A stretch of DNA of 32,369 nt, from positions 108,711 to 141,079 of the forward strand of contig NW_008246100.1 in the NCBI RefSeq assembly GCF_000281045.1, in the 5' to 3' direction. The notes beneath the pieces are model-generated. The model had not been told where the DNA came from. It saw nothing but the letters and a program-made list of their open reading frames with translations, and did no database searches. Positions 19,786 to 32,198 of this stretch are shown in pieces. The position numbers and the translations under genes were made by a program. Positions within the stretch are counted from its first letter, which is position 1; each line of letters opens with the position of its first letter. This stretch comes from Saprolegnia diclina VS20 (lineage: Eukaryota).

Positions 19786-21030
19786 CTACTGGGCCAAGAG
19801 CCCACGCACGGCGGAGGCTACAGCGTCCTGCTCGAGGAGAAAGCCGTCGTGGCCGTGCGGCGACGACACCACATGCAGTGTCGAGTTGGGGATGCATTCG
19901 TGGAGCTCGATCTGCTCGGAGATCGGGTACAAGAGGTCCGAGTCGATGCCGACGATCGAAACGGGAAGGTCGCTTAGCGTCTTGAGCGCAGCCTCGACGC
20001 CACCGCGGCCGCGTCCGACGTCGTGTGTGTCCATCGAGTTGGTGACGGCCACGTACGCGTTGGCGTCGAAGCGCGAGAGAAACTTGTCGCCTTGGTAGTC
20101 GAGATACGACTGCACGGCGAAGCGGCCGTCGGGCTGCGTCTCGCGGCCATAGCGCTCGGCGTACACGCTGTGCGTGCGATACGTGAGCATGGCCATTTGG
20201 CGAGCGATCGCGAGACCGTCTTTCGGGGGTCGCGACGGGTCGTAGTGCCCACGACAGTACAACGGGTCCTACAACCACCATCGATTGAGCCTCAAATCTT
20301 ATGAAGCAAGGGACGGTGTACCCGGTAGATGGCTTGGCGCTGGACTTCGCTCATGCCAATCTGCCACGCCGTGTGGCGGGCGCCGCACGCAATGACGCCA
20401 AGGCGCTGGACGAGACCTTTCCCGAGGAAGCCCCACTCGAGGGCCTGCATGCCGCCGAGCGACCCGCCAATGACAGCGGCAATCTACGAGGGCGCGTGAG
20501 CTTCAGCCAAGGAGCAAGGTACGCAGGGTGACCTGGTTGGCGCCAATCTCGTCGCGAACCAGGCGCAGGTGCAGCCCGACGCTGTCGCGGATCGTCGTGA
20601 GCGGAAAGGACGCGCCGTACGGGTGCTGCGTCGAGGGGTTGATGGACGTCGGGCCGGTCGTGCCGTAGCACGAGCCGAGAAAATTGGCACAGACGACGTG
20701 GTACTTGGCCGTGTCAAAGGGCTTGCCGTCGCCGAGGAGGCTGCCCCACCACGTGTCGAGCGCCGCGTTGCCCGTGAGCGCGTGGCACACGACAAGCACG
20801 TTGTCGCGTGCGGCGTTGAGCTCGCCAAACGTCTTGTAGTTGACAGTCACGTCGCGAAGTGTCTCGCCGCTCTCGAGCGTGTAGGCCGGCATGTGGAAGA
20901 CTTGCTTGCTCGCCTCCATGACGCCGTACTCGTCTTCCATGAGGACCGCATCGGCTGTCGCCTTGGACGCGTGGAAGCTCCGGACAGGCGGGCGGCCAGC
21001 GCAGAGGCGACGGGCCAGCAACAGGCGCAT
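19786..21030 (-). CDS. MET2: homoserine O-acetyltransferase (Met2/MetX family)
   Basis: YTLESGETL, NVLVVCHALTGN, CANFLGSCYGTTGPTS, TIRDSV, IGGSLGGMQALEW (catalytic Ser), GLAIARQMAMLTYRT, SYLDYQGDKFLSRFDAN, SDLLYP and HGHDGFLLE. Confidence 0.93.
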
Positions 21031-21553
21031 CGTCGAATGCTCAATCAGAACTGCACTTGACACGCATTGGCCCAGCAACCGGATTTCTTATCCCCGCAAT
21101 ATCCGGACAAGACCGTTTCGTTGCGCGTTTCACCCTCCCCGTGGCATCAGGTTGGATGCAACACGATATTTCGCTCCCGAAAAAGCATAATTTGTGAATC
21201 CAAAGTGCAAATTTAACGGTTTCTATTGCGGTGGTAGCGACATTGAAGGACGCTAATCGATTATCGCTGACTGGTGTGGCGGCGACAATCGTCGAGAACG
21301 ACACGAGTAGCCTGATCAACCGGCGAAACCAGCTGATGGCGGATGCGCAATGACCCAAATCATCTACCGGTACTTTGCGGCGAGCTCTTGTGGCTGTTGA
21401 GTCATGCGCTTCTATGAGCCACAGCCAGTGCTCTGTTTGCACAGGCCGTGGCAAGTCGCAACCTTCCTCGTCGCGCAGTGGCCTCCATGGTCCTACCGAC
21501 GCAAGCCAAGGTGCGAACTGCGCATACAACCGCCCGTAAAAACACATGATGCG

Positions 21554-22499
21554 TCACCGATTGTACTGACGATGAAAGACGACGTAGACCGAGAGCACGT
21601 CCGTGTAGCCAAGCACGTGGGCTTTCAAGTCGAACGGTGGTGATGTCAGCGCCACCGTGCGGCTCTGGACCATGTCTGAGATCAGTCGCAGCACCCCATC
21701 CAGCGTCACGTGGGCACTAACCGCCGCGTCACACGAATCGAGTTGCAGTTGGCTGGGTCGTACCCGGCGGAGGCAAGGATGTCGGTCATGCCTTCGACAC
21801 TCACGCGCTGGTGCACGGCGTGCGTCTCAAACAAGGCGCGCACGGAAGCCACCTCGTCGCCGAGGATGTCGAGAAGCTCCACAACGTAGGCCAGCGGAAT
21901 CGTTGGTGTCGCGTCGCTCTTGCACAGTTCCGTCGCACTCGATTCAACAATCAAAGATGTGCTTACCAGCTCGTCGAGTCGCGCTTCGTCGTCGTTGTTG
22001 CCTGTGACCACCAATACTATGATTCATACATTCTCGCGCGGTTCGCAGGACGTACGCTGACTAGCGGGGTGCGTAGAACAGTCGTCAAACGGGTCGACTA
22101 CATACAGCGTGTCATGCAAATGGAGGACAATCCGGGTGTCGAGACGGCGATCGAGGTAGCTGTCGTTCGTAGCCCGTGGAACGCATGTCGCTGGCAGTGC
22201 CACGTACTTTTGCGCGCGAAGGACCACAATGCGACTGGCAACGATGCGCTTGACCCCTTTCCTACGTCTTGGGTAAAGACTACATCGTCGACAAGAATGA
22301 AGACGTACTGGTAGCGGGTGCAGAGGAACCGGCTCGCCTCGGGGTTGGCCGACAGCAGCACATGCGTCGTCTTGTCAACAAGATGGTCGATCGATTGCAG
22401 CCGGTACCAGCTTCCACGTGGCAGTCCGAGCGCGACGAGGAGCTTCTTGACCTCGGCGCCGTCCAGCACGATCGAGAGGAACAGTTGGATGCGCTCCAT
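21554..22499 (-). CDS. hypothetical multi-exon protein with possible degenerate EF-hand-like segment; 3' end uncertain (may extend to ~21402)
   Basis: ATG 22499 (MERIQLFLSIVLDG). Exon-like blocks RIVLHLHDTLYVVDPF, TIPLAYVVELLDILG and VRALFETHAVHQRVSVEGMTDILASAGAHVTLDGVLRLISDM are separated by short GT-AG introns. Confidence 0.55.
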
Positions 22500-22548
22500 G
22501 ATGCTTGTCAAGTGTCTATTTGTTGCACTGACAACAATGCTGCGATTC

Positions 22549-22571
22549 GATTGGCGACAGCGTGGCCAATC
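22549..22571. promoter_or_regulatory. inverted CCAAT pair in a 120-bp head-to-head intergenic gap
   Basis: gattggc (22549-22555) and gccaatc (22565-22571) lie between divergent ATGs at 22499 (-) and 22620 (+). Confidence 0.55.
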
Positions 22572-22619
22572 ACATCGCGGCACACGCGAGCTTAAATTAG
22601 TTGCAACCGACAGAGCAGC

Positions 22620-24135
22620 ATGGACAGCATGTGCGACGCCGAGCCGCTCGCCGCGTCCTCCTTCCTCTTCGCCGAGAAGCGCCGGCAGAAGCCGCGGTCG
22701 CGGCCGCAAAAGTACCTCCACGAGCGACGCACCGAGAGCCCCGGCGACGACGATCATCGGGTCGAGCGGGCCAGCGTCGAGGCCAAGTACCGGGCGCCAA
22801 CGCGCACCGAGCCCAAGGCCAGCGCCGGTAAGGTGAGCGCGACCAAGGCGCGCGCGCGCTCGTTCCATTGGGGCGACCACAGCAGCAGCTCCACCAACAT
22901 CCTCGCGTCGTTTCCATTTCACGCGAGCTCGTTCCAGAAGGACAACAACGAGATGCCCGACTTGGACAACGTGTACGACTACGAGATTGACGCAACGAGC
23001 CAGTACAAGTACGTGCCGAAGGAGTGTGCTAGCAACCAGCGCAACCTCTCGGCGGGCAGCTCCCGCCAGACGTCACCGGCCGACGACACGGACGAAGTAG
23101 CCTTTGCAAGATTGGATGCGCATGCTATGCCAGTGATCCTAGGCGTTCGACCGGCCGCCGTCGCGCCAGCGCCACGCGTTCCCAACGCACCTTGTCGACG
23201 ACAACGAGCTGGACGACGAGTACGAGTACAAGGCGACGAAGCGCTCGCACCGCCCGCCATCCCGGCACAAGCCCATGGCGCAGGACCCCGTGGTACCCTC
23301 GTCGTGCGAGATCAACGAGCAGAGTGTACGGTGGCTGGCCAATCGTGTTGTTGAGATATGGCCTTCACTAGCTCGAAGACACGATCAACCGATTTCGGTC
23401 CCGGCGCTCGGCCCTGCGGCAGAGCCACGACCCGCGCCGGGATGGCTTTGAAGCCGTCGATGAGAATGTCCCGCTACCTTTTCGCATTGAAGTCACCAAC
23501 GAAGACGGCAAGGGCAAGGCGTCGTCGTCGTCACGCCCGCGACGCGGTCGACCGCGGCAGGCAGCACAGGCCGTGATCGCGGTGGCGACCACGGCTACCA
23601 CGGACGAGCTCCGCAAGACGCTGCAGTCGCGCGCGGAGGACCCGATGATTTTCAAGGTAGTCGTTTGAAAGGGGGTTGGAAATCATATGCGTCAGCTTAG
23701 ACAACGCCGGACCGTCGGCGGCAGGCGCGGTCGTCGGCGAGGTGGGCTTAGCGACCGATACAACCGTATTATATATACCCATGCCATAGCCAAGGAACGC
23801 CGTGGACGCCCAAGGACGAGGCGTTTGAGCCTGTACAACACCCGAGTGCGCAGTGGATCCCTCGAAGCATGTACTCCTAGTACCCCACACGTGGCAGCGC
23901 GAGAGAGCTCATACTACGGTCTAGGCCGGACGCGGTGCCCGAGACGGACGAGGCACCTGCGTGGCGGCTCCGGACCGAGAACGCATCCGACTTGCAACTG
24001 GACGATTTCAACTTTACGGGGCCGCCCGACGTCTCGCTCAACACGTCCCTCGGCAAGGTAGGTTGCACCACGTCTCGATGCAAAGGTCATTTTGTATCTT
24101 CATAGGACTTTTTGAGTTTGTTTGCTCAATCCTAA
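22620..24135 (+). CDS. hypothetical low-complexity/disordered protein, multi-exon
   Basis: ATG 22620 (MDSMCDAEPLAASSFLFAEKRRQKPR) with genome-typical codons and several short introns. The last exons give LDDFNFTGPPDVSLNTSLGK|DFLSLFAQS* (TAA 24133-24135). Confidence 0.65.
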
Positions 24136-24199
24136 TCGTCTCAAGTCGTCTTCTCATAACGAAAACGCGCCAATCGTGTGTTCAAACTCAAGTGTTTTG

Positions 24200-27100
24200 T
24201 TATGGCTGCCGGCTATGAGCCGCCTCGGCACGCACCTTCATTTGCTCGTAGAACGTCAGTGCGCTCATGATGCTGGCGCCAAAGAGCGCCATGAAGCTGA
24301 GACAGCCCATGCAGCACAAAAAGCAAGCAATGCGGGCGCAGGCCTTGGGACCCACCTACGCAAGCGGAGGTAGCCAAATAGCGTCGAAACGCACGTACGA
24401 GTTCGCGAAGGACGTTGAAGGGGTTGGCGCTGAGCTTGATGCGACCGACGGTCGGTGGTAAATACGGATTGATGTTGGGCTCCTTCCGGCCGCTCCCGAC
24501 CGGCGTCGCGCTGTACTCGGCTTCGGTCACGATTTGAATCCCGATAGCAACTTGGCCCATCTCTTCGGATTTGCCTTCGGCGCGGTTGTGGAAGCGCATC
24601 GTGAGCCACTCGGAGTCGTCGTGGAGCCGCCCGAGCCCGATAAAGTCCTACAGAGCAATGTATCGTCGTCGCTGGTTCCAAGGAGACGTACGAGGAAGGA
24701 GCCGATCGCTTCTTTCGCTTCGTTCTCTTCCTTGGCCGCGCGCTTGTCGGCTTTTTGTTGGGCGTTTGGGACACTGGCGCCGTCGCCACTCGCTTTGGCG
24801 TTGACCTTGGTCCGCAGTAGCGTCTGGAGCTTCCCCAACCGAGACGGCGATTTCTTCTTTCTCTCGTTGAGCAGCGGCTTGGTGACGTGGTTCTTCTCCA
24901 AGTCGAGATCGGCGTAGTGATGGGTTTGGTTGTCGTCGTCGCTCTCATTCTCGCTCTCGCCATCGCTGTCGCCATCCAGGACGCGCGCTGCATGTTTCAT
25001 TTCTTTGAACGGCAGGACCGTCCGGTTCTCCTGGTACGCGAGCTGGAGCCAGCGGTAAAGGTCGAGCTCCGTACCGCCTGCACGAACACGAGATCGTGCT
25101 CAACGACTATAAATTGCAAGGTACCGATAATGTCTTGCCACTTGAGGAGGTCCTTCTCCCAGAGCTGCAGATGCAGGCGCGCAAACTCGGGCTTCATGGG
25201 CATTTCAACTTGAAACTTCATGCGGTAGTTCCAGCTCGCTTTGCCCGTCGAGCAGCGCCAGTGAATGTCGGTCGACTGCGCCTTGTGGCCCTCCATCCAC
25301 GCTTTCACAAACAAGTCGTTCGTCTCGCTCAGCTATCAACAAGAGCGTCAGGACGTGGAGGACGACAGCGTCGTACGTCCTTGTCGACAACCCCCTCCGA
25401 CTTCCAAATGACGACGCGCACTTCGAACTTTTTCGGTGGCGGCGGCGCAATGTCGATCGGCTCGTAGATCGCCGCTTGCGACGGCGTGAGAATGTCGACC
25501 CACAGCTGCAGCGTGCCCTGCGACGTCGCCTCCTTGCCCGTCCAGAGCGGTCGGTACTCGATCGGCTTGAGCGTTCCCGCGGCTTTGAGCTACCTCGTCC
25601 ACATGAGCTTTTGGGACACCAGAGTAACTTGCCTTGGGGTGGCCCAGGCCAATGTCTTGCCACTGTTTGTGGAACCACCGATCTTCGAGGTCGATGATGG
25701 TCTCGCCAATGAAATCGTCAGTCCCAAACCGGTCGTGGTCCCACACCGAAATGGAGAGCTGCGATGTGCCTACTCGACGATACTTGGCAACGCACAAGAA
25801 GAGAGAGTAACCTGGGATCGTCGCTTCGACCGTGAAAAGACGGTAAAAGTCGGGGTTGAGCGTCTTCTTCTGGTGCTGGTCGCGGTCGTTGACCTTGTTT
25901 TGACCCAATTGGAGTCGCAAATACGGATCGCTGAGTCCATTCCGGTCTTTTGGCTGAAGATTTGTCGCGCGGAGGACGTAGACGCGCACTTCGTATGGCT
26001 TGGGCTCTGTCAGCGACGTGTAATCCACCAGCAGACTCTGCTTGGTCGACTCGAGCGTCACGACGACGAGGCCTTTGAAGACGCCCGTTTGTATCTGGAT
26101 GCGCTCCTTGCGACGGCGGAAGAGGGACCCAAGGACCGTGTGGGCGCGGAAGAGCGGGTACGTCTCGAACGGCTTGGTCTTGAGGTACTCTTCGAGCTCC
26201 TTCCCGCCCGACTAGTCAACTCTCTCACATCGCCAACAACATGGAAAACACGTACTTGAATCCACCAGTCGCGACCGGCGAAGTACGGCGGCGTGTCATA
26301 ACCCTTCTTGGCGGCCATGTCCGCGTCCAACACGTCACTGTTGGTGCCAGGCACAATGTACACGCGGCCTTTCTTCTTGGCGTCTTCGACTGACGCGAAC
26401 AGTCGGCGGTCGGCCTCGGCCTGGAGCTGCTTTTGGACGGCGGGGTCGTCCCGGGACGCTGGTGAGGGCTCGTACGACACGTGGGGCAAGTGAAGCGCAC
26501 CAATGCCCGTGCCGTCGTCGCGGACAGCGGGCTGCGTCTCGTCTTCCTGCCGTTCGCACTTGTAAGCTCAGCAATTGTGGGGAAAGCTATACCTTGGCCG
26601 GGTCGTCGTTGTCGTCGTCGCTCCCCGACGCACTGCCCATGAAGTCGTCATCGTCGTCAACGTTAGCCCCGTCTATTGGGGATCTCAGAACTTGGCGGTT
26701 GATGATGCAACGCACCGTTGTCGTCGGACCCATCGTCTTTGGGATCGTCGGCGTCGTTCTCGTCGGCATCGCTGCCAGCGTCGCTGTGTTGCTTTTGCGA
26801 TTGGCGGTTGCGCTGCTTCTCGAGGTGGAGGTGGTAGTCGAATTCTTGCTGCAACGGCGGCTCGTAGCTCGGGCTCCACGGCAGCTTCTTGGTCAAATCG
26901 ATCACGCACGACGCAATGAGCGGCTGGTGCAGTCCGCCCATCGTACTGTCGTACACCTAATCGAATGAGACGCTGCGTGACAGCCAATAATGGAGAGACC
27001 TTGAGCACGAGCTGCGGACTGAAGAGCGTGTCGATCGGGAGGCGCGTCGGGATCACGAGCCGTTCGAGGAAATTTGCGTTCTTGCTTTCCGGCTCATGGC

Positions 27101-30100
27101 TTGCTTTTGTGCGGCGCTCGGCGTTCTCGCGGCTCGCCGACGCTGCGCCCGTGAGCTCAAACTCGACAAACGGATTCTAAGTTTTCATACAATAAGATGT
27201 ACCACGAACAGTAGGCATACCTGGATGTGGAAGAGGCGATTCGACTTGAGGTTGCGGACGCCCATGGCAATGATGTCGACGTACGCGTCCCGGCACTCGG
27301 GCACGATCGACGGCAGCGGAATTGAGCGCTCTTCGGCCGTCGGGTTGACGAGAAGCTGCACGGACAACAAGATCTCCCCCGTCACACCGAGGTCTTCGAG
27401 GACGTTCGTGTCGGAGCGGAGCGTGTGCCACACTGGGTACGGCACGGATGTCGACTTGGTGGCTTTGGCCAGCGGAATACGCAAGTCGCCGAGATATTTG
27501 GTCGTGCTATTGCTGTAGCCGGTTTTCGACACCACCTAGTTGCGTAAGCTCGTCAATGTCTCGTCGCCCAATGCTACCTGGAGCCAGAGCTCGGGCGCAA
27601 ACTCCAAGTTGCTCGGCAAGTCCACGTTGAACTGGAGCGACTCGTAGTAGAGCGGGTCGAGCGTGCGCCGCTTTGCTTTGGTCTTCTTCGTCTCGTGCAA
27701 CAGATGCACCAAGATCTGCGGGTCCGGCAGTCCGTTCTTAGTCGTTGACTTGGCGAAGAGGCCGCGACATTGGTAGATATGCACGCGGACCATGCACGGC
27801 AGCGTCTCAGAGATCGCATTAAACGGTGTGACCCACGCCTCGCGCGCAGCGAGCTCTTCGCGGCCAAACGCGACGCGGAGGAGGAGCGAGCCCGGCGACT
27901 GCCCCGGGAGCAAGCCGGGCGGCCGCGCGACTTCCTCGAGCAAGTGCAGCCAGCGCATCGGGACTTGGAAGCCGGCTTGGACGAGGTCGCTGCTGCGAAT
28001 GCGTGCGTACGCGATACCGTGGAGGTCGTCGGCGTCGCTGGACTCGCGACAGAGTGTCACAATGACGTCTGGCAGCTGCGTCAAGTTGGACGGGAGCTCA
28101 ATGTTCTTGGCGTCGAGCGCCGCGCCCCACACCACGCGCCCGTGCCTAGACCTCGATAGTTCAAGCTGCAAAGGATCACGGGACGTACTTGACGGGCATC
28201 GCATCAAAGCGCACGGCGTACTGGCCGATGCTGACGACCACAAACAGCTTGGCGCAGAGACCGGTGCGCAGTCGCACCTGTGGCACGTCTTGGCCAAAAA
28301 AGAGCGCAACGCGGAGTACGTAGCGCGTCATGGGCGGCCGCAGGGCGTCCCAGTCCTCGATCGTGACCTCTTTGACGTGCATCTTTTCATTCTCGTCGGG
28401 CGATGGCCGCTGCACATGCGCCACGCTCACGAGGAGCCGGCCTCGGTACGTCGACCCGTGTTCAGGGAACTGCTTCATGTGCTTGCACGCGTCCGAGTGC
28501 TGATTTGCTTGCAGCGGCGGCCCGTACAAGTTGATGTACCGCAGCGGCGTCTGCTCCAAGAGAGTGGCGTTGGCCACGTCGGCCAGGTCGGCGTCGATCG
28601 CCGGTAGCTGGAGAAAGTCGAGAATGCTCTGCCCCACAAGTTTGCTCGACCGACCGAGCTCGCGGTCCCGGACGCTGATGCTGATGCGGCGACTCATCGT
28701 AGGCATGAGCACGGGGATCCAGAGCGCTTCGAGAAACGTGGCCGACAAGTTGTGCGAGCCTTTGATCGAGATGACGCTTGTCTTGCACTTGACATTGCCC
28801 GCAAAGTCGACGCGGACAAACGCGTCAATGCCGGCGGCCGAGAGGAGCGTAGGCGTGTCGAGCGCTGGCAGCTCCTCGGCGGCAAACACGGTCACGACAA
28901 GAAAGTGTAGGGATTGCGTGATGGCCGGGGGCAGTAAAACGAGGTCGTGAATGTCCTTGGTGTCGTTCTCCTTGACCGCTTCGTGCACGGGGAAGGCTTC
29001 GCCGGGCCCGACGATCGCCATGCTCACGAGCAGATAGCCCTACATATTGTTTCCGCACTAGCCTCGAAACGAGGGCTAGGGTACTTGGATGCCCTTGTCC
29101 TTCTTGCTCTTGTGGTCGACGAGCGCGAGCCATTGCCGGTACACCTCGCGTTGGGGCTACAGCACGTGAGGTGTCGTAGGCGAGCGGAAGATCTGTACGC
29201 GGCAGTAGATGCTCATGACGTCAAATTGGTACGTCCCGATCTCGACGTTGGGCCGAAGGACGTTGCTGTCGTAGACCGATACCTACAAGCAGCTAAGAAG
29301 GAAGCTACGACGTGCTCGGACGACCGTGATGGTGGCTTGCTCGAGCTCCTTCCGGCCAATGTTGCGGAAGCGGAAGAAGAGGAGCTCGTCAAAGACGCAT
29401 GAGAACGTCTGGCTTTTCACCGACGTCTTCTGCTTCTTCCCCATGACTTCGACGAAGCACACCGGGTCGGACGTCCCATCAAACTACGCGTCGATAAGTC
29501 GACGAGCGCTAGAAACGAGGTACGTTTTCGCCTTTGAGATCCCGCGCTTCGAGGATGTGCGCTTGGATCTGGAAATCACCTCGCGGAATGTTGACGAGCA
29601 GGGCTTCGAGCCGCTGCTTCTCTTGGAGGTCGAGCTCTTGCTTACGGAGCAGCGCGTCGTCGTCGGTCTCGTCTTGCTGTACCGCAAAGCCGTCGGCGTC
29701 GGACGTGTCCCACGTCTCGCCCACCGCGATGGCCGCGGGGGCGACTACCGCGCGCTGGACGTCGACCCGGCGCTGGAGCACGCTATCGTTCTCGCGCTCG
29801 TAGACGAGCGACGCCTTGATCTCGAGCTCGCCGAGCTTCTCGTTGGGCGCCCACGCCTTGTCGACGAGCGTATACCAGCGCGTGGAGCGCATCGTGGGCT
29901 CGGCCATGATGTCGGAGGCGACGAGGCGGAGCTGGCCCACGACGCGCTTCTTGACGTTGACCTTGTCGGCGACAACGATCGTCACGGTCGTCATGTAGTC
30001 GCTCGCGCGAAATGAAAACGTCTACTCCATATGCATGAGATGCTACATAAGCGAGGACGCCGTACTTCGTTCCAGACAGGGTCGATGGTTCGCGCCTTGA

Positions 30101-30287
30101 TGGCCGTCTTGTACGTCATGCCCGACGACGCAAGCTTGCAGTAGAGACTCGTGGTCGCACGGAGCGTGGCCTTGGCCATGTTGCGCGCGCGGAGCACCGT
30201 GATGCGAAGGGTGTTGGGCAGCTTCGTACCCTCCGTCACCTCGTCGGCTTCATGGAGGCGGATCGCTGGCGGCGCCTCGGACGCCAT
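24200..30287 (-). CDS. ferlin-family multi-C2-domain tail-anchored protein (no DysF recognised; type II-like)
   Basis: Multiple C2 domains (LRITVLRARNM, QIQAHILEARDLKGE, VRVHIYQCRGL, VRVYVLRATNLQPKDRNGLSDPYL). Ferlin signatures YINLYGPP, YRGRLLVS, IGETIIDLEDRWF, QSTDIHWR...WNYRMKF and PVGSGRKEPNINPYLPP. C-terminal TM helix. Confidence 0.92.
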
Positions 30288-30439
30288 CGAACGGGATATC
30301 GAACAACTCGAAAATACCGCTTCGAACAAGATTCGAACCCAAGGTGTCCAGTATACCATACAAAAAGCAAAGTCATGCAAATCGGCAAACCAAAAGGTTC
30401 TTAACGGTTTGCCGTTAAAGCCAACTGCTGTCGAGGTCT

Positions 30440-31468
30440 CTACGGCGCAATGGCCGACACCTTTTGCATGCCCTTGACTTGCACAAAGTAGCCGTTGTTC
30501 CAGAGCTCCACAAAGCCGTCGAGGAAGAATGCGCCCGCGGTCGGGCCGCCGTTGCAGTTGCCATCGCTCTCGCCCGGCGGTTTGATCCAGAGCATGTAGT
30601 CGACGAGGCGCTCGCCCGACGTAATGGTCGGCGGGCGGCCAATGCCCCGACCCTTCGGGTTGCACCACTGACTCATCGGGTCCGGTCCCGCAAAGTTGCG
30701 CGAGACATCGAGCACGCACGTGACCGTTCGGTTCGCAGTCGCCATCGCCGTCGCCGAAAAGTTGCCGCACATGTTGACAAGCTCGGCCGTGGTGCGGAAG
30801 TTGGACGTGTTGATCGAGATGCCTTTGAGGCGGGTGCCCGTCGGGTCCAGCGTCGAGAGCACGCGCGCGATCTTTCCGTCGTTGGCCTTGCCCAGCACCC
30901 AGAACCCAATGTCAACGTAAATGTCGGCGCGCGGGTTGCGGCCGAGGAGCGAGACGGCGTTGATGAGGTTGCGCTCGTACTCGAACGTCGTCGCACACGC
31001 TGAGCCTCCGACGAGGAGACCGACTGCGTCCGGCTCGAGGATGTACACGACGTTGTTGTCACCGACCGTCGTGGTGAGGTCCGTCAAGAACTGAGCGTAC
31101 TGCTCTGGCGTCTTGTTGGCGCCGTCGGTCGATTGGTGGTCCTGACAATCCTTGTTGGGGAGACCGTACACGACAATGGTCGGGCGGCTACCTAGAAACG
31201 GTATAAGGAAACGAATTACGACTCGATGTGTACCCTTGGGGCAGTTGCCAACCGCAAGCGCTGCTTGGTGCTTCGAGTCGGGGTCGCGGTCCGTGTACCA
31301 CGTAGCAATCGGCTGGGTTTCGACCACCTCGATCGCATTCTTGAGGTGCGGGAATTGGACCTTGGCCAGCGAGTACGAGTACGGCTTGACCGCCGAGCAG
31401 AGGCCAAGGGACGCCAAGACGTTGGGCATCAAGCAAGACGCTAGCGCGAGTCGGAACAATGCAACCAT
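30440..31468 (-). CDS. secreted glycoside hydrolase family 6 cellulase
   Basis: Signal peptide MVALFRLALASCL, IVVYGLPNKDC, YILEPDAV, GISINTSNF, LDVSRN, WCNP and WIKPPGESDG. In-frame 42-nt intron 31192-31233. Confidence 0.93.
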   Translation of the reverse strand: MVALFRLALASCLMPNVLASLGLCSAVKPYSYSLAKVQFPHLKNAIEVVETQPIATWYTDRDPDSKHQAALAVGNCPKGTHRVVIRFLIPFLGSRPTIVVYGLPNKDCQDHQSTDGANKTPEQYAQFLTDLTTTVGDNNVVYILEPDAVGLLVGGSACATTFEYERNLINAVSLLGRNPRADIYVDIGFWVLGKANDGKIARVLSTLDPTGTRLKGISINTSNFRTTAELVNMCGNFSATAMATANRTVTCVLDVSRNFAGPDPMSQWCNPKGRGIGRPPTITSGERLVDYMLWIKPPGESDGNCNGGPTAGAFFLDGFVELWNNGYFVQVKGMQKVSAIAP

Positions 31469-32043
31469 GGCAAAGCAAGTTGGTGAGTGCGATAACCAGC
31501 GAGCTTTCCCAAGCCTCTGCCTCGGACCATTCATTGCTGTCACCACGCCATGCAGCAACGTGCGCCATGTTCGGCATCGGTCGCCGTTGTCCGAACCTCA
31601 CTCTCTCCACTTGCCACGTCATTGTGTTATCTAAGCGTGCGCCGATTGGCCGAGCCAAATGACGTGTGTCATTTCTGTGCAACGCCTGCAGACCAGACCT
31701 TCCTCGAGTTCTCGAGTCTCCCTCCTCGTGTTGGCCAACGCTAGTAGGTACCGTCCTTCAGCTCCGAGCTTCGCATAGCAATGCAAAAGCACCCATTCAC
31801 TTCTAGTCGCCATGCAGGGGCCCACCAAGTAGAAAACCCTACGAAGGCGCGTCACCTCTACTGCTAATCTAATTGCTACCGACGTGTCCAAGTACACGCT
31901 GCATGTCCATGAGGTCACCCAACCCTTCTTCGCTGCCCGCTCTGCGATGATGCTGCTTCCGTCGGCTTCGGCGCGCCGCCGGATCAGAAGCGAGCGTGTC
32001 GCTGCCGGAAAGATTCCCGTTGCTCGTCCTTTCTCTGGCAGCA

Positions 32044-32198
32044 GCATTTTGGCCAATCACAGGCGCCGGCGACAACGCGGTCGTTTTTCGAACGACCAAC
32101 ACTGACAAAATAGGAGCGAAACCGCTGGCATTTTGACCAATCAGAGGCGTCGAGCGACCGAGAACTTCTGGAACCGTCTTTTCGACGCCTCTGATTGG
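32044..32198. repeat. three copies of a CCAAT-centred motif: one degenerate direct pair and one perfect 17-bp inverted pair
   Basis: gcattttggccaatcacaggcgccggcgac (from 32044) resembles gcattttgaccaatcagaggcgtcgagcgac (from 32128). ccaatcagaggcgtcga (32137-32153) is the exact reverse complement of tcgacgcctctgattgg (32182-32198). Confidence 0.85.

Noticed and set aside
6258..30287. A calcium-signalling gene cluster (EF-SAM protein, VSD protein, EF-like protein, ferlin)
   Set aside because: The genes are interspersed with unrelated housekeeping genes. Co-location in a compact eukaryotic genome is not evidence without conserved synteny or co-expression.
30440..31468. Bacterial-looking GH6 as contamination or new horizontal transfer
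   Set aside because: It has a host-type short intron and a signal peptide, and GH6 genes are an established part of oomycete genomes.
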